From contig JBMNFG010000011.1 of NCBI GenBank assembly GCA_050949175.1, positions 195,749 to 259,748 on the forward strand: a stretch of DNA of 64,000 nt. The letters run 5' to 3'. Shown here piece by piece: positions 19,714-30,582 of the stretch. The notes beneath the pieces are model-generated. The model did not search any database and had not been told where the DNA came from. It was given only the letters and a program-made list of their open reading frames with translations. Every line of letters begins with the position of its first letter. Position 1 is the stretch's first letter. The stretch is from Bacillota bacterium. Lineage in GTDB: Bacteria; Bacillota; SHA-98; UBA4971. The position numbers and the translations under genes are program-made.

Positions 19714-21384
19714 TCAGCGGTTGATGCCGTCTGTGTCCAACATGGGGACCTTAATGCCATGCTTTCTTGCAGCCTCTATAGCTTTGTCATACCCTGCGTC
19801 AACATGTCGCATTATTCCTGTGCCTGGATCCGTCGTGAGCACTCTTTCCAGACGAAAGTCCGCCTGGTCACTACCGTCTGCGACTACCACCATCCCTGCA
19901 TGGATTGAATAACCTATCCCCACGCCGCCGCCATGATGCACAGAAACCCAGGAAGCTCCGGACACTGCATTCAATAATGCGTTCAAGATAGGCCAGTCAG
20001 CTATAGCATCGCTCCCATCATTCATTCCTTCCGTTTCCCGGTTCGGGGATGCGACTGAGCCTGCATCAAGGTGATCACGTCCGATTACAATAGGAGCTGA
20101 TATCTCACCTCTCCTCACCAGCTCATTGATGGCCTTGCCGAACCTTTCCCGCTCACCATAGCCTAACCAGCATATCCTGGCAGGCAACCCTTGAAACTGC
20201 ACTTTTTCCCGGGCGAATCTGATCCATTGAGCCAGATGCTGATCTTCCGGGAACTCCCTCAGCACAACCTCATCAGTCTTGTAGATGTCTTCAGGATCTC
20301 CGGAAAGCGCAACCCACCTAAAGGGTCCTTTGCCTTCACAGAAGAGCGGACGAATGTAAGCAGGAACAAACCCCGGATAGGAAAACGCCTCTTTAACCCC
20401 TGCATTGAAAGCTTGCTGCCTTATGTTGTTGCCGTAATCGAAGGCTATTGCGCCCTGGCGTTTCATATCAAGGATAGCCTCAACGTGGACTGCCATGGAT
20501 TCCATTGCTCGTTCTATGTACTGCTTCGGATCGCGGCTGCGCAAGCTTTCAGCTTCAGCGAAGGATAGGCCTCTAGGGATGTAGCCTCCTAAGGGATCAT
20601 GGGCTGAGGTCTGGTCTGTAACCAAATCAGGAATGACCCCGCGCTTTGCGAACTCAGGATGGGTCATTGCTGCATTTCCAAGCAAGGCTATGGACAAGGG
20701 GCGCTTCTCATGCTGCGCTTCTCTTGCGAGCCTAATGGCCTCATCAATACTTGTCGTCATAGTGTCGCAATACCCGGTTTCAAGCCTTCGTCTTATGCGC
20801 TCTTCGTTCACTTCCACTGCAATGACGACTCCGCCGTTTAAGGTAACAGCCAGAGGTTGAGCTCCTCCCATTCCGCCAAGGCCTGCGGTGAGGACAAGCC
20901 TCCCGGCAAGGCTACCGTCAAAGTGCTGTTTTGCAGCCTCAGCAAAGGTCTCGTACGTTCCCTGCAAGATGCCCTGAGTGCCTATGTAGATCCAGCTCCC
21001 TGCAGTCATCTGCCCGTACATGGTAAGGCCCATTTCCTCAAGCTCCCAAAACTTCTCCCATGTAGCCCATTTAGGGACGAGCATTGAGTTGGATATCAGC
21101 ACCCTCGGAGCAAGTTCATGTGTACGAAAGACACCAACAGGTTTTCCTGACTGCACCAGGAGAGTCTCGTCACTTTCCAACTCTTTGAGGGTTCTGGCTA
21201 TAGCGTCAAAACAATCCCAGTTCCGCGCTGCCTTACCTCTTCCGCCGTAAACCACAAGCTCGTCCGGGTTCTCCGCTACCTCAGGATCCAGGTTATTCAT
21301 GAGCATCCTCATGGCAGCTTCCTGCTGCCACCCTTTGCACGAAATTGCAGAACCCCGCGGGGCCTTCACTATCCTCGACACCAC
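19714..21384 (-). CDS. hutU: urocanate hydratase
   Basis: [32 protein letters not shown] matches the HutU N-terminus. A GTG at 21384 has an AAGGGGG RBS; the ORF is formally open to a TTG at 21408. Confidence 0.9.
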   Translation of the reverse strand: MVSRIVKAPRGSAISCKGWQQEAAMRMLMNNLDPEVAENPDELVVYGGRGKAARNWDCFDAIARTLKELESDETLLVQSGKPVGVFRTHELAPRVLISNSMLVPKWATWEKFWELEEMGLTMYGQMTAGSWIYIGTQGILQGTYETFAEAAKQHFDGSLAGRLVLTAGLGGMGGAQPLAVTLNGGVVIAVEVNEERIRRRLETGYCDTMTTSIDEAIRLAREAQHEKRPLSIALLGNAAMTHPEFAKRGVIPDLVTDQTSAHDPLGGYIPRGLSFAEAESLRSRDPKQYIERAMESMAVHVEAILDMKRQGAIAFDYGNNIRQQAFNAGVKEAFSYPGFVPAYIRPLFCEGKGPFRWVALSGDPEDIYKTDEVVLREFPEDQHLAQWIRFAREKVQFQGLPARICWLGYGERERFGKAINELVRRGEISAPIVIGRDHLDAGSVASPNRETEGMNDGSDAIADWPILNALLNAVSGASWVSVHHGGGVGIGYSIHAGMVVVADGSDQADFRLERVLTTDPGTGIMRHVDAGYDKAIEAARKHGIKVPMLDTDGINR

Positions 21385-21404
21385 CTTCGCCCCCTTTTCA
21401 AATA

Positions 21405-21454
21405 TCAAAGTAAAACGGGCAAGGTTTTGGCTCTGTCAAAATCCTTGCCCGTTC
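21405..21454 (-). terminator. intrinsic terminator of ftsH
   Basis: 11-bp perfect stem AACGGGCAAGG / CCTTGCCCGTT followed by UUUUAC on the minus strand. Confidence 0.7.
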
Positions 21455-21472
21455 CTAAACTGCGATGCTTTA

Positions 21473-23458
21473 CTATGCTCCACCTGGGCTTTCCGCAAGC
21501 TTCGGCGGACTCGGCGAAACCCTGGCTTTACCCGGGCTAAGCTGCTCTTCTTGGCCTGCCTCTTCGTCTGCGGCGACTGCAGCTGCAACATGGTCCGCTA
21601 CTCTCTCAGTATCAGTATCTTCAGCAGCTACGCTGACTTCATCTGAGAGCACCTCGTCGATTTCAGCGCCTTCCAGAGTCTCTTTTTCTTTCAGGGCATT
21701 GGCCAGTCTTATCAGCTTATCCCTATTGTCTATCAAGAGTGTTCTTGCACGTTCGTAGGATTCGTCCACTATCCTCCGGACCTCACGGTCAATCAGAGCG
21801 GCCACCTCTTCGCTGTAGTCTCTGTCATGGCCTAAGTCGCGTCCGAGGAAGACAGTTTCCTCGCGACGGCTTCCCAGGGACAGAGGGCCTAGTTCTTCAC
21901 TCATGCCATACTGGGTAATCATCCTACGAACCAGCTTCGTAACCTTGTTCAGGTCGTTCTCAGCACCTGTCGATATCTCGTCAAATGTTATTTCCTCAGC
22001 AACCCGTCCGGCAAGGGTTACGACTACGTTGTCAAGGATTTCAGACTTAGTCCTGAAGAACCTGTCCTCCTCCGGAAGCATCAGCGTGTACCCGCCCATT
22101 CTCCCTCGAGGGATTATCGATACCTTCTGGACAGGATCCACATTCGGCAGGAGTTTCGCGGCTAAAGCGTGCCCTGCCTCGTGGAATGCCACTAAGTCTT
22201 TCTCCCTCTCAGTCATGACTCTGCTCTTTTTCTGAGGCCCTGCTATAACCCTGTCGATAGCCTCGTCGCAGTCCTGCATCGAGATCTTTCTTCTTCCGCG
22301 CCTTGCTGCCAGAATTGCAGCCTCGTTAAGGACGTTTTCCAAGTCAGCGCCGGTAAATCCGGGAGTCCTCTGGGCTATTACCCTGAGATCTACGTCTGCT
22401 GCCAGAGGCTTATTCCTTGCATGGACCTTCAGGATCGCCTCTCTGCCATTAAGGTCCGGCATATCCACTACTATTTGCCGGTCGAAACGCCCCGGCCTAA
22501 GCAGTGCCGGGTCAAGCACGTCAGGCCTGTTCGTTGCGGCAAGAAGTATTATGCCTGTGTTTGACTCGAACCCGTCCATCTCGACTAGGAGCTGGTTCAA
22601 GGTCTGCTCTCTCTCGTCGTGTCCTCCGCCAAGGCCTGCCCCACGCTGCCTTCCGACAGCATCTATCTCGTCAATGAACACAATGCACGGGGCATGCTTT
22701 TTGGCTTGATCGAAGAGGTCTCGCACCCTGGAAGCGCCGACACCGACAAACATCTCTACGAAGTCTGAACCGCTTATGATAAAGAACGGGACACCTGCCT
22801 CGCCGGCAACAGCACGTCCGAGAAGGGTCTTACCTGTTCCCGGAGGCCCTACCAAAAGGACTCCCTTGGGTATCTTAGCTCCTAGCTCCACAAACTTCCG
22901 GGGATGTTTGAGGAATTCCACGATCTCAGCAAGCTCTTCCTTGGCTTCGTCAACACCTGCTACATCAGCAAACGTGGTTTTCCCGCGTTCTTCCATGTGC
23001 AGCCTGGCCCTGCTCTTTCCAAAGGAAAGGGCTCTGTTGCCTCCGCCTTGCATCTGATTAAGAAGGAAGAACCACAGCCCAATGAAGAACAACATGGAAA
23101 GAGCCTGTGGCAATATCGTATACCACCACGGCGCCGCCGGTTTCGGTTCGGCTAAGACCTCAATTCCTGCAAGCGTACCTTCACTATCTTTCAGCTTGTC
23201 GGTGACGAGGGATATATCCGGCACATAGGTTTCAAATTCTTGACCGTTGGCCAAACGTCCCTGGACTTTGTCGTCACCGATTATGCGGAGCATCTCAATA
23301 TTGCCCGAATCAAGGTTTTCCATAAACGTGCTCAGGCTGATCTCTTGCGGCGTCGCTTTCTGACCGTAAAAAGTGCTGGCAATTGACACGGTCATCAGGC
23401 CAAGCAAAATCCATAGCCCAAGCGTTCTTAATATGTTGTTCAACTGATCTCCTCCCAT
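21473..23458 (-). CDS. ftsH: ATP-dependent zinc metalloprotease FtsH
   Basis: 661 aa. Walker A GPPGTGKT, second region of homology, and the HEAGHA zinc site. Confidence 0.95.
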   Translation of the reverse strand: MGGDQLNNILRTLGLWILLGLMTVSIASTFYGQKATPQEISLSTFMENLDSGNIEMLRIIGDDKVQGRLANGQEFETYVPDISLVTDKLKDSEGTLAGIEVLAEPKPAAPWWYTILPQALSMLFFIGLWFFLLNQMQGGGNRALSFGKSRARLHMEERGKTTFADVAGVDEAKEELAEIVEFLKHPRKFVELGAKIPKGVLLVGPPGTGKTLLGRAVAGEAGVPFFIISGSDFVEMFVGVGASRVRDLFDQAKKHAPCIVFIDEIDAVGRQRGAGLGGGHDEREQTLNQLLVEMDGFESNTGIILLAATNRPDVLDPALLRPGRFDRQIVVDMPDLNGREAILKVHARNKPLAADVDLRVIAQRTPGFTGADLENVLNEAAILAARRGRRKISMQDCDEAIDRVIAGPQKKSRVMTEREKDLVAFHEAGHALAAKLLPNVDPVQKVSIIPRGRMGGYTLMLPEEDRFFRTKSEILDNVVVTLAGRVAEEITFDEISTGAENDLNKVTKLVRRMITQYGMSEELGPLSLGSRREETVFLGRDLGHDRDYSEEVAALIDREVRRIVDESYERARTLLIDNRDKLIRLANALKEKETLEGAEIDEVLSDEVSVAAEDTDTERVADHVAAAVAADEEAGQEEQLSPGKARVSPSPPKLAESPGGA

Positions 23459-23587
23459 TAGTCACCACCCGGCGTCAGGTCGCGCCGGTATCCAAAATAG
23501 CAAGCTCCTCTCCAGAGCGGAAACAAAGATATCTCTAGAGTAAGAATTGGCTAATAATTTGCATGCACATTATAACACACGGCATTA

Positions 23588-25123
23588 TCAATCACAACTT
23601 AGATACCTGCGCCTAGCTCTAAGGTGGAGGACCTTTTCGGTAGTAGGTGAAAGCTTAGCAAAATCGCTTACGCATACCCCAACTACCCATAGAATCTCTG
23701 TTCCCCATATAATAACGGGAATACGGTCTCGTACGTTCCTGGGTATTTTCTTGTCTATGAAAACATCCTTGAGTTTCTTGTGGCCCTTCATGCCGAGAGG
23801 AGATAACCTATCTCCGGGACGCCTATTTCTTACTGTGATGTGCCCGGTGATCACGCCAAGGTCAAAGTAGGCTTCATTGTGATCAGTCAAAGATATCGTA
23901 TCCAGTAGGCCCGGCTTATCTTCAATATTAAATATGTCAGCTTCTATAGTAATACCGGCTTCCACAATCTCAGTATCACCGGGAACTCGGAGTACATACT
24001 CAAAAGGATGGCTATCTTCAGATAGGGCTGATTCAAAGCCTTCCTCTTCCGCCCACTCTAAGATAATTCGATCATATTCGCGCCTAGCCTGGAGATTGCC
24101 TGGCAGCGAGATGCGGGATCCGGTCTTGCCGCTTCGTGCAAGCTCCAGCACTTTCTCAACGTGTATAGACTCGAAGTCTTCAAGGTCCCCTGCGAGTTCA
24201 TATACTGCCTGTCTGATAATCCGCCTCTGAATCGCTATGTGCTGCCGGCTCAGAGCAGGTATATTGATGATTACCTCGTGCGGCAGGATAACTTCTGTGA
24301 TCTGTCCCATCATCTCGCAGACTCTACCCGAAATATAATCGTCATCATCCTGCACAAGCTCTGCAGTGGTGCTTAGTGTGTGGATCACTCTCGGGTTATA
24401 GTCCTGCTCAAGATGGGGAATGAGCTCGTGCCTGATCTTGTTCCTGAGATAGACAGGGCTCACATTCGATGCGTCTATATAGTATACAAGCTGCGCTTCG
24501 TGACAATACGAGCGAATCTCAACAGGGGTTGCGTTGATCAGGGGACGGATGACTGTGATCCCGCTGGCCGGATCAAGCGGCCTCAGCGGAGGAATTCCGC
24601 CCAGCCCTCTCAGTCCCGTCCCGCGGATAAGCCTGAGAAGAACAGTCTCGGCCTGATCTCCAGCGTGATGCCCTAATGCCACCTTGGAGGCGCCTTCATC
24701 AAGGGCAATGTGACGGTAAAAGCCGTAGCGCACATTGCGGGCTGCAAGTTCTATGGACAGTTTCTCGTTTTTGGCGTACTCATTTACGTCCACTGCTTCG
24801 ACTGTGCAGGGGAGCCCTAATCTCGCAGCAAGGCCTTGAACATATTCGGCTTCCTCATCAGCGGCCTCGCCTCGAAGCATGTGGTTGAGGTGGGCTACGT
24901 GAAGCGAGATGTCGAGTTTGTCCTTTAGCACATACAACGCATGCAAAAGGGCGATAGAATCAGGCCCTCCGGAGACGCCTGCCACGACTTTATCTCCCGG
25001 AGCCAGCATGTCATATCGCCTAATGGTTGCAAGCACATTACCGATGAACCGGTTGTCTTTTGCATTCATGCGCAAATCACACTCATCAAAAACAAGGATT
25101 CGGCGGCCGCCAAAGGATTTCAC
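23588..25123 (-). CDS. tilS: tRNA(Ile)-lysidine synthetase
   Basis: PP-loop VVAGVSGGPDS, followed by substrate-binding and C-terminal domains. GTG start at 25123; the internal ATG at 25069 is the alternative. Confidence 0.85.
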   Translation of the reverse strand: MKSFGGRRILVFDECDLRMNAKDNRFIGNVLATIRRYDMLAPGDKVVAGVSGGPDSIALLHALYVLKDKLDISLHVAHLNHMLRGEAADEEAEYVQGLAARLGLPCTVEAVDVNEYAKNEKLSIELAARNVRYGFYRHIALDEGASKVALGHHAGDQAETVLLRLIRGTGLRGLGGIPPLRPLDPASGITVIRPLINATPVEIRSYCHEAQLVYYIDASNVSPVYLRNKIRHELIPHLEQDYNPRVIHTLSTTAELVQDDDDYISGRVCEMMGQITEVILPHEVIINIPALSRQHIAIQRRIIRQAVYELAGDLEDFESIHVEKVLELARSGKTGSRISLPGNLQARREYDRIILEWAEEEGFESALSEDSHPFEYVLRVPGDTEIVEAGITIEADIFNIEDKPGLLDTISLTDHNEAYFDLGVITGHITVRNRRPGDRLSPLGMKGHKKLKDVFIDKKIPRNVRDRIPVIIWGTEILWVVGVCVSDFAKLSPTTEKVLHLRARRRYLSCD

Positions 25124-25169
25124 TACTTGGGTCCCTACCAGTCCTCGTCATAACACTCTACCTGCAATG

Positions 25170-25535
25170 CAGCCAGGAAAACCTTCGCGTCTAGTGTATC
25201 ATGGAAGAATTCCCCGTCTTGTATATCCTGGAAAAGCTTCGCGCCCAGTCTATCCTGGAAACACTCAGCGTCTTGTATAGCCTAGAAATTCTTCGCGCGT
25301 TGTATAGCCTGGAAAAACCTCGCGTCCTGTGTATCCAGGAAGCCTGGAAAAACCTCGCGCCCTGTGTATCCAGGAGAGGCTTCGCGTGCAATACGTGCCG
25401 GAAAGACTTCGTGTCTGCTTTAACCTTGACGGACCTCGCGTCTTGTATATACCCCAAACACCTCACTGCCAGTGTATCCTGGATAGACTCTGCGTCTAGT
25501 ATATCCTGGAAAGACTTCACCTGTAGTATAGCACA
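25170..25535. repeat. tandem array D: about 12 units of about 30 bp (CTTCGCGTCTTGTATAKCCTGGAAAAG)
   Basis: Direct reading. Lies immediately upstream of tilS. It shares the decamer CTTGTATAGC with array A. Confidence 0.88.
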
Positions 25536-25559
25536 AGTAAGCATACAAACGCTTCCATC

Positions 25560-26570
25560 TTTCCCTAAGCGCGAGCGCGTTGAACCGGCGGATTGGCTCA
25601 TCAGGAGAACCGACCAAAAGATTCAGGAAGCTTCTCGCATTTAACATGGCTCATGTCGTGCGCCAATGAACGCCATTTTGTGACGTACCAGCGCCGGAAT
25701 GGCTCCTCGACAAAGCCATTCAAGAGGATTCAGACTCCTTTTAGCCGCCGATTGGCTCATCGTGTGCGCCATTTAAGCTCATCTAAGACTCTTCGTGCGC
25801 ATGGATGGCTCTCACACAGAGCCATCCATGCACATTTACGGTCCTTTGAAGTCCTTTTGAGGCCAGAACGGATCATCAGTTAAGCCATTCAGAGCTGTCT
25901 TCAAGCTTTTTTGTCTTAGATCGGCTCGCGTGGTGAGCCATTCCGATCGATTTGAGAGTTTGTCAGCAGTTGATCGGCTCATCACGTGAGCCAACATGCG
26001 CATTTAAGTTCCTTTTGATGCCCTGTTGCGGCCAAAACGGTTCACAGGGTGAGCCATTCACAGCGACCCTAGCGCTTTTTGCTCCTAGATCGGCTCACGT
26101 GGTGAGCCATTCCGATCGCTTTGAGAGTTTGTTAGCAGTTGATCGGCTCATCACGTGAGCCAACATGCGCATTTAAGTTCCTTTTGATGCCCTGTTGCGG
26201 CCAAAACGGTTCACGAGGTGAGCCAATCATGCCGACCTGAGGAGTTGTTGCCCGCGGATTGGCTCGCACCGTAAGCCATTCTCACCGGTTTAGTCGCTTT
26301 CAGGTAGTAGATCGGCTCGTGATTGGCTCGCTTTATGAGCCAACCCGAGCCGTCTAACGGTTTCTCAGCAAACACATGGTTCTTCGGAAGAGCCATCTGG
26401 GTCTACTTGAGACTCTTGCTGCTATCGAACGGCTCACTCCATAAGCCGCTCGGGTCCGCTTCAGGCTTTTCGGGCTGCTAAATGGCTCTCGCCATGAACC
26501 GACCAGAAGGATTTGCCTATGTGCGTATGCTTGTGCAGTCGATCAGCTCGCGGGATCAGACAATTTGCCC
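25560..26570. repeat. array E: about 1 kb of about 50-bp units built on the palindrome (AT)GGCTCA-N3-5-TGAGCC(AT), with a near-identical 160-bp higher-order duplication at 25941-26100 and 26101-26260
   Basis: Direct reading. Includes a perfect 14-bp inverted repeat GCATGGATGGCTCT-cacac-AGAGCCATCCATGC. Confidence 0.9.
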
Positions 26571-26629
26571 AGTTTAAGGGTTCTTTATATGCTGATCTTT
26601 ATATACCCGCCCGGACCATGATGGTTTAC

Positions 26630-29122
26630 CTAAATCAATAGGCCAATACTTCGCCTCGGATACAACGTATCGTCTGCAGAAGACTCGTTCTGCGGGTTCT
26701 GTCTGCGAGACTTCCTTTTGTAAACTCGCACTACAAGAACGGTCATATCGTCAGAAGCACGCCCCCCGGAATACTGTAACGCACGGTTAAGGATAAGCTG
26801 GGCTATTTCGTCAGGACGCTCTGTTGTGACAGTGGAAATCAGCCTCTCAACCCAGTCATCAGGTGCATGCACAGGGGCAGCTGAACCGTAAAGTCCTGCT
26901 GTAGAGTTTAAAACCCCATCGCTGACCATGACCACAAGGTCACCTGCAGACAGCTTCTGCCGGGTCTTTCGGATTTCTATCGCGTCAAATATTCCTGCAG
27001 GAAGAGATGGGGATTCGATTGTCTTTACGACTCTACCCCGTTTGACAAAACTCGGAGGTGAACCTACCTTTATGAACTGTATCTCTCCTGTGACCATGTC
27101 CATAGTGGCCACATCCAAAGTGGCAAATGATTCTCCGGGTGACCTCAACAGAAGAATAAGGTTTGCGGTCTTCACTGCAAACTCCTGGTCAAAGCCTGCC
27201 TCAAAGAGCCTTTCCAGCATACTTACTGCTGTAGAACTCTCTATTGCGGCCCCTTTTCCTGTTCCCATACCGTCACTGACAATGAAGACTCCTCGCCCGT
27301 CTGCAAGTTCCAGCACTGAATGGGCATCTCCGGATATGTCAGTTCCGAACTTTGCCGTTACCGCAACTCCGCTCTCAATGCCATAGATCCTTGCTTGAGA
27401 AAACATGATCTCGCACGTAGGTTGCCCTGCTCTGTTTCCGCACCTTACCTTGGAAACCTCAAGCTCCCTGTTGAGAAGCCGGGAAATCAGCGGACCCACC
27501 GCGTTCCTACACTCCCTCTCTCCACAGCACGCTGCCTTTTTTACAGTGACATCAAGCCTCCCCCTTCTGCTGGCGACGACACTGACCTCTGTAATTCCCA
27601 GCCCGAGACGGGAAAGTTCTCGCATGATCCTCTGTTCTGCACTGGTCTCCAGCTCAACGCAGGCCCAGACATCTTCACCCAGGTTGTGGAGGATTTTAGC
27701 TATCCCTTGCAATTGCCCGGAAAACATGTATCGCCCTTCCGCAAGCCTCCTGGCATAAGCCAGATTGTGTCTGTGGGAACCGGTGGAACTGTTCACTGCG
27801 GCCACGAGTCCGGGAACATTAAGACACCTCCAGCTGAGCTGGTCCTTGACTTCACTAACCTCTACCCGGGACTTTAATTCAGCCAGCGCAACCAGGTTCA
27901 GCACATCTCGGAAAGTCCTGTGGAAAGCATCGCCCCAGCAGAAAAGATAAGCCCTGCACTTGCTGCATACAGATGAGGAAATCTCATGTAACATGTGGGC
28001 GATATCTGCTCGTTCCGCCAACTCCGGATCGTACGGGATCTGTCTTAGCATCGATGAAAGTTCACCGAATACCTTTGAGAAATCCACCAGCTTCTGCGAG
28101 AGAAGCTCCTGGACTCTCCTGGCATGCGCCTCCCCGCCCCCTCCAGGTCTCCTCTGCAAAATCGGCAACAACTTAGCCACTCTTTGTAGACCTCTTCTCG
28201 GAACAAGCAGGAACAACAAACCTGACGCACCCAGCTCCGCGGTAAAAAGCAACACATTCCTCCTGCCAGATACCTGAAACACAAGGAGTCCCGCCCCCAG
28301 CGTAAACCCTATGGAAGATGCAATCTTCCCATAACTACGCATACTGCCCGCCAAAAGTCCGCCTAGAGCGTATGCGCCAACTATAGGAGGCAGCCCCTGC
28401 CCTGACACAGCGCACGCGAACCCGGTTAAAGCCCCCGCTGCAGCTCCAAAAGGTGCTCCTCCTGAGTAGGCTATGACAGTAGTCGCAACACCGGCAGCTA
28501 CCGGGCCTAACGAAACACCCTTGATCTCTACACCTGCCAACCCCATGGTGATTCCTGCGCAAAGCAATCCGAATGAGGCTGCCTGCTCAGGCCCAAGAGC
28601 TCCCCAGTGGGGTAAGGCAGAGAATCCCCTTCCAACTCCGCCCCAGCTGAAAATAGCAGCAGCAAGCCCACCTATGGCAGCTTCCAATCCTACTATCGCC
28701 ACGGAAGGCCGGGATACACCGACGATGTATTGGAGGAATTGAGGCACGATAAAACCGAATATCATTATACTTACAGGCAACAGAAGAGGTCTTGCCTCTA
28801 CTCGACGGGAAAACAACCGTGCAAAGAGCACAACAAGGACCAAAGGAGCACCTGTCCATATCGTGTCAGAACCCAGTGTCAGTCCGTTCATTCCTAAGAA
28901 GACGCCAAACATTGTGAGCGGGGCGATAGGGCCTCGACACGCTGCCAGCACTCCGAGGTAGGCTATGCCAAAGGGAGCACCTGCACCGAAAATATGTGCT
29001 CGCCCTAGAAGAGTCCCGATTAAAGCGCAAAACACAGCTGCCGGTGAGAGTGCATGGATCCAGAAATCCCGGATGCGACCGGCTCTCATCGGTGCAACTC
29101 GCTTCCTATCCTTCCTATCCAT
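26630..29122 (-). CDS. spoIIE: stage II sporulation protein E (PP2C phosphatase with multi-TM N-domain)
   Basis: About 10 TM helices followed by a C-terminal PP2C domain (GVFIVSDGMGTGKGAA...DDMTVLVVRV). Start chosen at 29122, which has a GAGG RBS. The ORF-track N-terminal extension to 29416 is basic and Gly-rich and is probably not translated. Confidence 0.85.
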   Translation of the reverse strand: MDRKDRKRVAPMRAGRIRDFWIHALSPAAVFCALIGTLLGRAHIFGAGAPFGIAYLGVLAACRGPIAPLTMFGVFLGMNGLTLGSDTIWTGAPLVLVVLFARLFSRRVEARPLLLPVSIMIFGFIVPQFLQYIVGVSRPSVAIVGLEAAIGGLAAAIFSWGGVGRGFSALPHWGALGPEQAASFGLLCAGITMGLAGVEIKGVSLGPVAAGVATTVIAYSGGAPFGAAAGALTGFACAVSGQGLPPIVGAYALGGLLAGSMRSYGKIASSIGFTLGAGLLVFQVSGRRNVLLFTAELGASGLLFLLVPRRGLQRVAKLLPILQRRPGGGGEAHARRVQELLSQKLVDFSKVFGELSSMLRQIPYDPELAERADIAHMLHEISSSVCSKCRAYLFCWGDAFHRTFRDVLNLVALAELKSRVEVSEVKDQLSWRCLNVPGLVAAVNSSTGSHRHNLAYARRLAEGRYMFSGQLQGIAKILHNLGEDVWACVELETSAEQRIMRELSRLGLGITEVSVVASRRGRLDVTVKKAACCGERECRNAVGPLISRLLNRELEVSKVRCGNRAGQPTCEIMFSQARIYGIESGVAVTAKFGTDISGDAHSVLELADGRGVFIVSDGMGTGKGAAIESSTAVSMLERLFEAGFDQEFAVKTANLILLLRSPGESFATLDVATMDMVTGEIQFIKVGSPPSFVKRGRVVKTIESPSLPAGIFDAIEIRKTRQKLSAGDLVVMVSDGVLNSTAGLYGSAAPVHAPDDWVERLISTVTTERPDEIAQLILNRALQYSGGRASDDMTVLVVRVYKRKSRRQNPQNESSADDTLYPRRSIGLLI

Positions 29123-29704
29123 TGAGCCTCTATCAACTCTGCCTTTTTTAGAAGTCCTCCTATCGAGTCCATTTCCGTCAAATCCATCAGTCTCAGATCG
29201 ATAAGCTCCGGGTGTACTTCGGCCGGTCTTACTTTTACCACGCCTATTACCTGCACCTATTGATGATACCCGTACCCTTTTACCCTGGCCCAGAGAAACA
29301 CCATATCCGGAACAACGAGAGGTTCTGTGCTTAGCCTCTCTACCCATCCCCGGCTCCCCCTTTTCTTGCCCGCAGTGGGTTGTCCCACAGTTGACTGACT
29401 GTTGCGATACTACCACAGGGGGTTGGGAGGAACCTGACGGAAATTGTACTCATCGCCACAAAATCTTGCGGCATGCCTTTCTCGAAATCTCCAAAAGTCA
29501 GCCCCGCATTCAAAGAGTACCCATGAACATCGTCTTGCTTCTTAATCCTTTGCTAGCTGGTTTTCAGTGGTTTTGTTCGGAGGATCAGCCGAGCAGAAAT
29601 CACAGGTTAAGGAGGAATGCGGCATGTTGGCAACTCGGTAGGGGATGATGACACATCAGTAAGGCATTTGACTATTCTCGCCACATAAAAACCTCGTCCC
29701 CGGT

Positions 29705-29800
29705 TTCATGCAACGTTTAGCAAGAGTATTGACTTGGTCTTTGTATGAGTATGAACACGGACAGCGGAGCAGATACAAGGATTGACTTGCTCTTTGTAAG
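29705..29800 (+). promoter_or_regulatory. pair of about 30-bp direct repeats ATTGACTTGNTCTTTGTAWGAGTATGAAC upstream of the lysE-family gene
   Basis: Direct reading. Each repeat has a TTGACT -35-like hexamer. Confidence 0.35.
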
Positions 29801-29934
29801 AGTATGAACCGCACAGGTGAGCAGGTCCTTTGCAAGACCCACGCACATCCACGCACATCTATGAATGGACGCAAGCAGAATCTGAGTGTATACTAATGAG
29901 ACTGAGTACTCGGCAGATGAGGAGATACTGTAAA

Positions 29935-30546
29935 ATGCCTGATATGTTTGCATGTCTGTCATACGTATTTATCATGACCATCACCCCAGGTCCGAACAAC
30001 ATGGTATGCCTGGTAAACGCCACAAAATTCGGTTTCAGAAGAACGCTTCCCTTCCTTTCCGGGCTTGCTGTGGGAGTCATCGTAATAATGATCGGATCCA
30101 GTTATCTGAACCTCTCTCTGTCCAGATTCATCCCGAGTTTTAGGCCTATAGCTGAGGTTTTCGGCGGATTGTACATGACGTACCTTGCAGTGCGCATCTT
30201 AAGAAGCGAAGGGGTCACAGCTGATGCAGACACCGGTAGTGCAACTTTCGCTATGGGTTTCGGTATGCAGTTTATCAATGCCAAACTGATACTTTATGCC
30301 TTGACAGTGACTGCCAACTTTGTTACCCCTTACTATCAGTCGTTTATAGCTATAGTTCTCATCTGTACATTCCTGGGATGCGTTTCCGCTATGATGGCTT
30401 CCTGTTGGGCTCTGTTCGGAACTGCAATCCAACACTTCTTCGGGAAGTACAGGAAGATAGTTAACACAGGCATGGCATTACTTCTTCTTTACGCAGCGCT
30501 CTCCATATCAGGGCTGCTTACTCGCATTGGGCTTCTAACGAAATGA
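29935..30546 (+). CDS. LysE/RhtB family amino-acid exporter
   Basis: 203 aa with the MTITPGPNN N-terminal motif. ATG at 29935 with a GAGGAGAT RBS. Confidence 0.8.
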   Translation: MPDMFACLSYVFIMTITPGPNNMVCLVNATKFGFRRTLPFLSGLAVGVIVIMIGSSYLNLSLSRFIPSFRPIAEVFGGLYMTYLAVRILRSEGVTADADTGSATFAMGFGMQFINAKLILYALTVTANFVTPYYQSFIAIVLICTFLGCVSAMMASCWALFGTAIQHFFGKYRKIVNTGMALLLLYAALSISGLLTRIGLLTK

Positions 30547-30582
30547 TGGATGCGATAAACCTCAGAATCCCAAATCCCGGGA

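Noticed and set aside
25560-26570. CRISPR array interpretation of the palindromic arrays (E, and the hairpin-array element)
   Set aside because: The repeats are degenerate rather than near-identical and the spacers are not unique. Unit spacing is irregular (10-35 nt) and no cas genes are in the window. Three near-identical copies of the whole array are inconsistent with CRISPR.
26630-29416. 928-aa SpoIIE with a 98-aa basic, Gly-rich N-terminal extension
   Set aside because: The internal start at 29122 has a GAGG RBS and gives an N-terminus (MDRKDRKRVAPM...) similar to Bacillus SpoIIE. The extension has no TM helix or domain and is probably untranslated.
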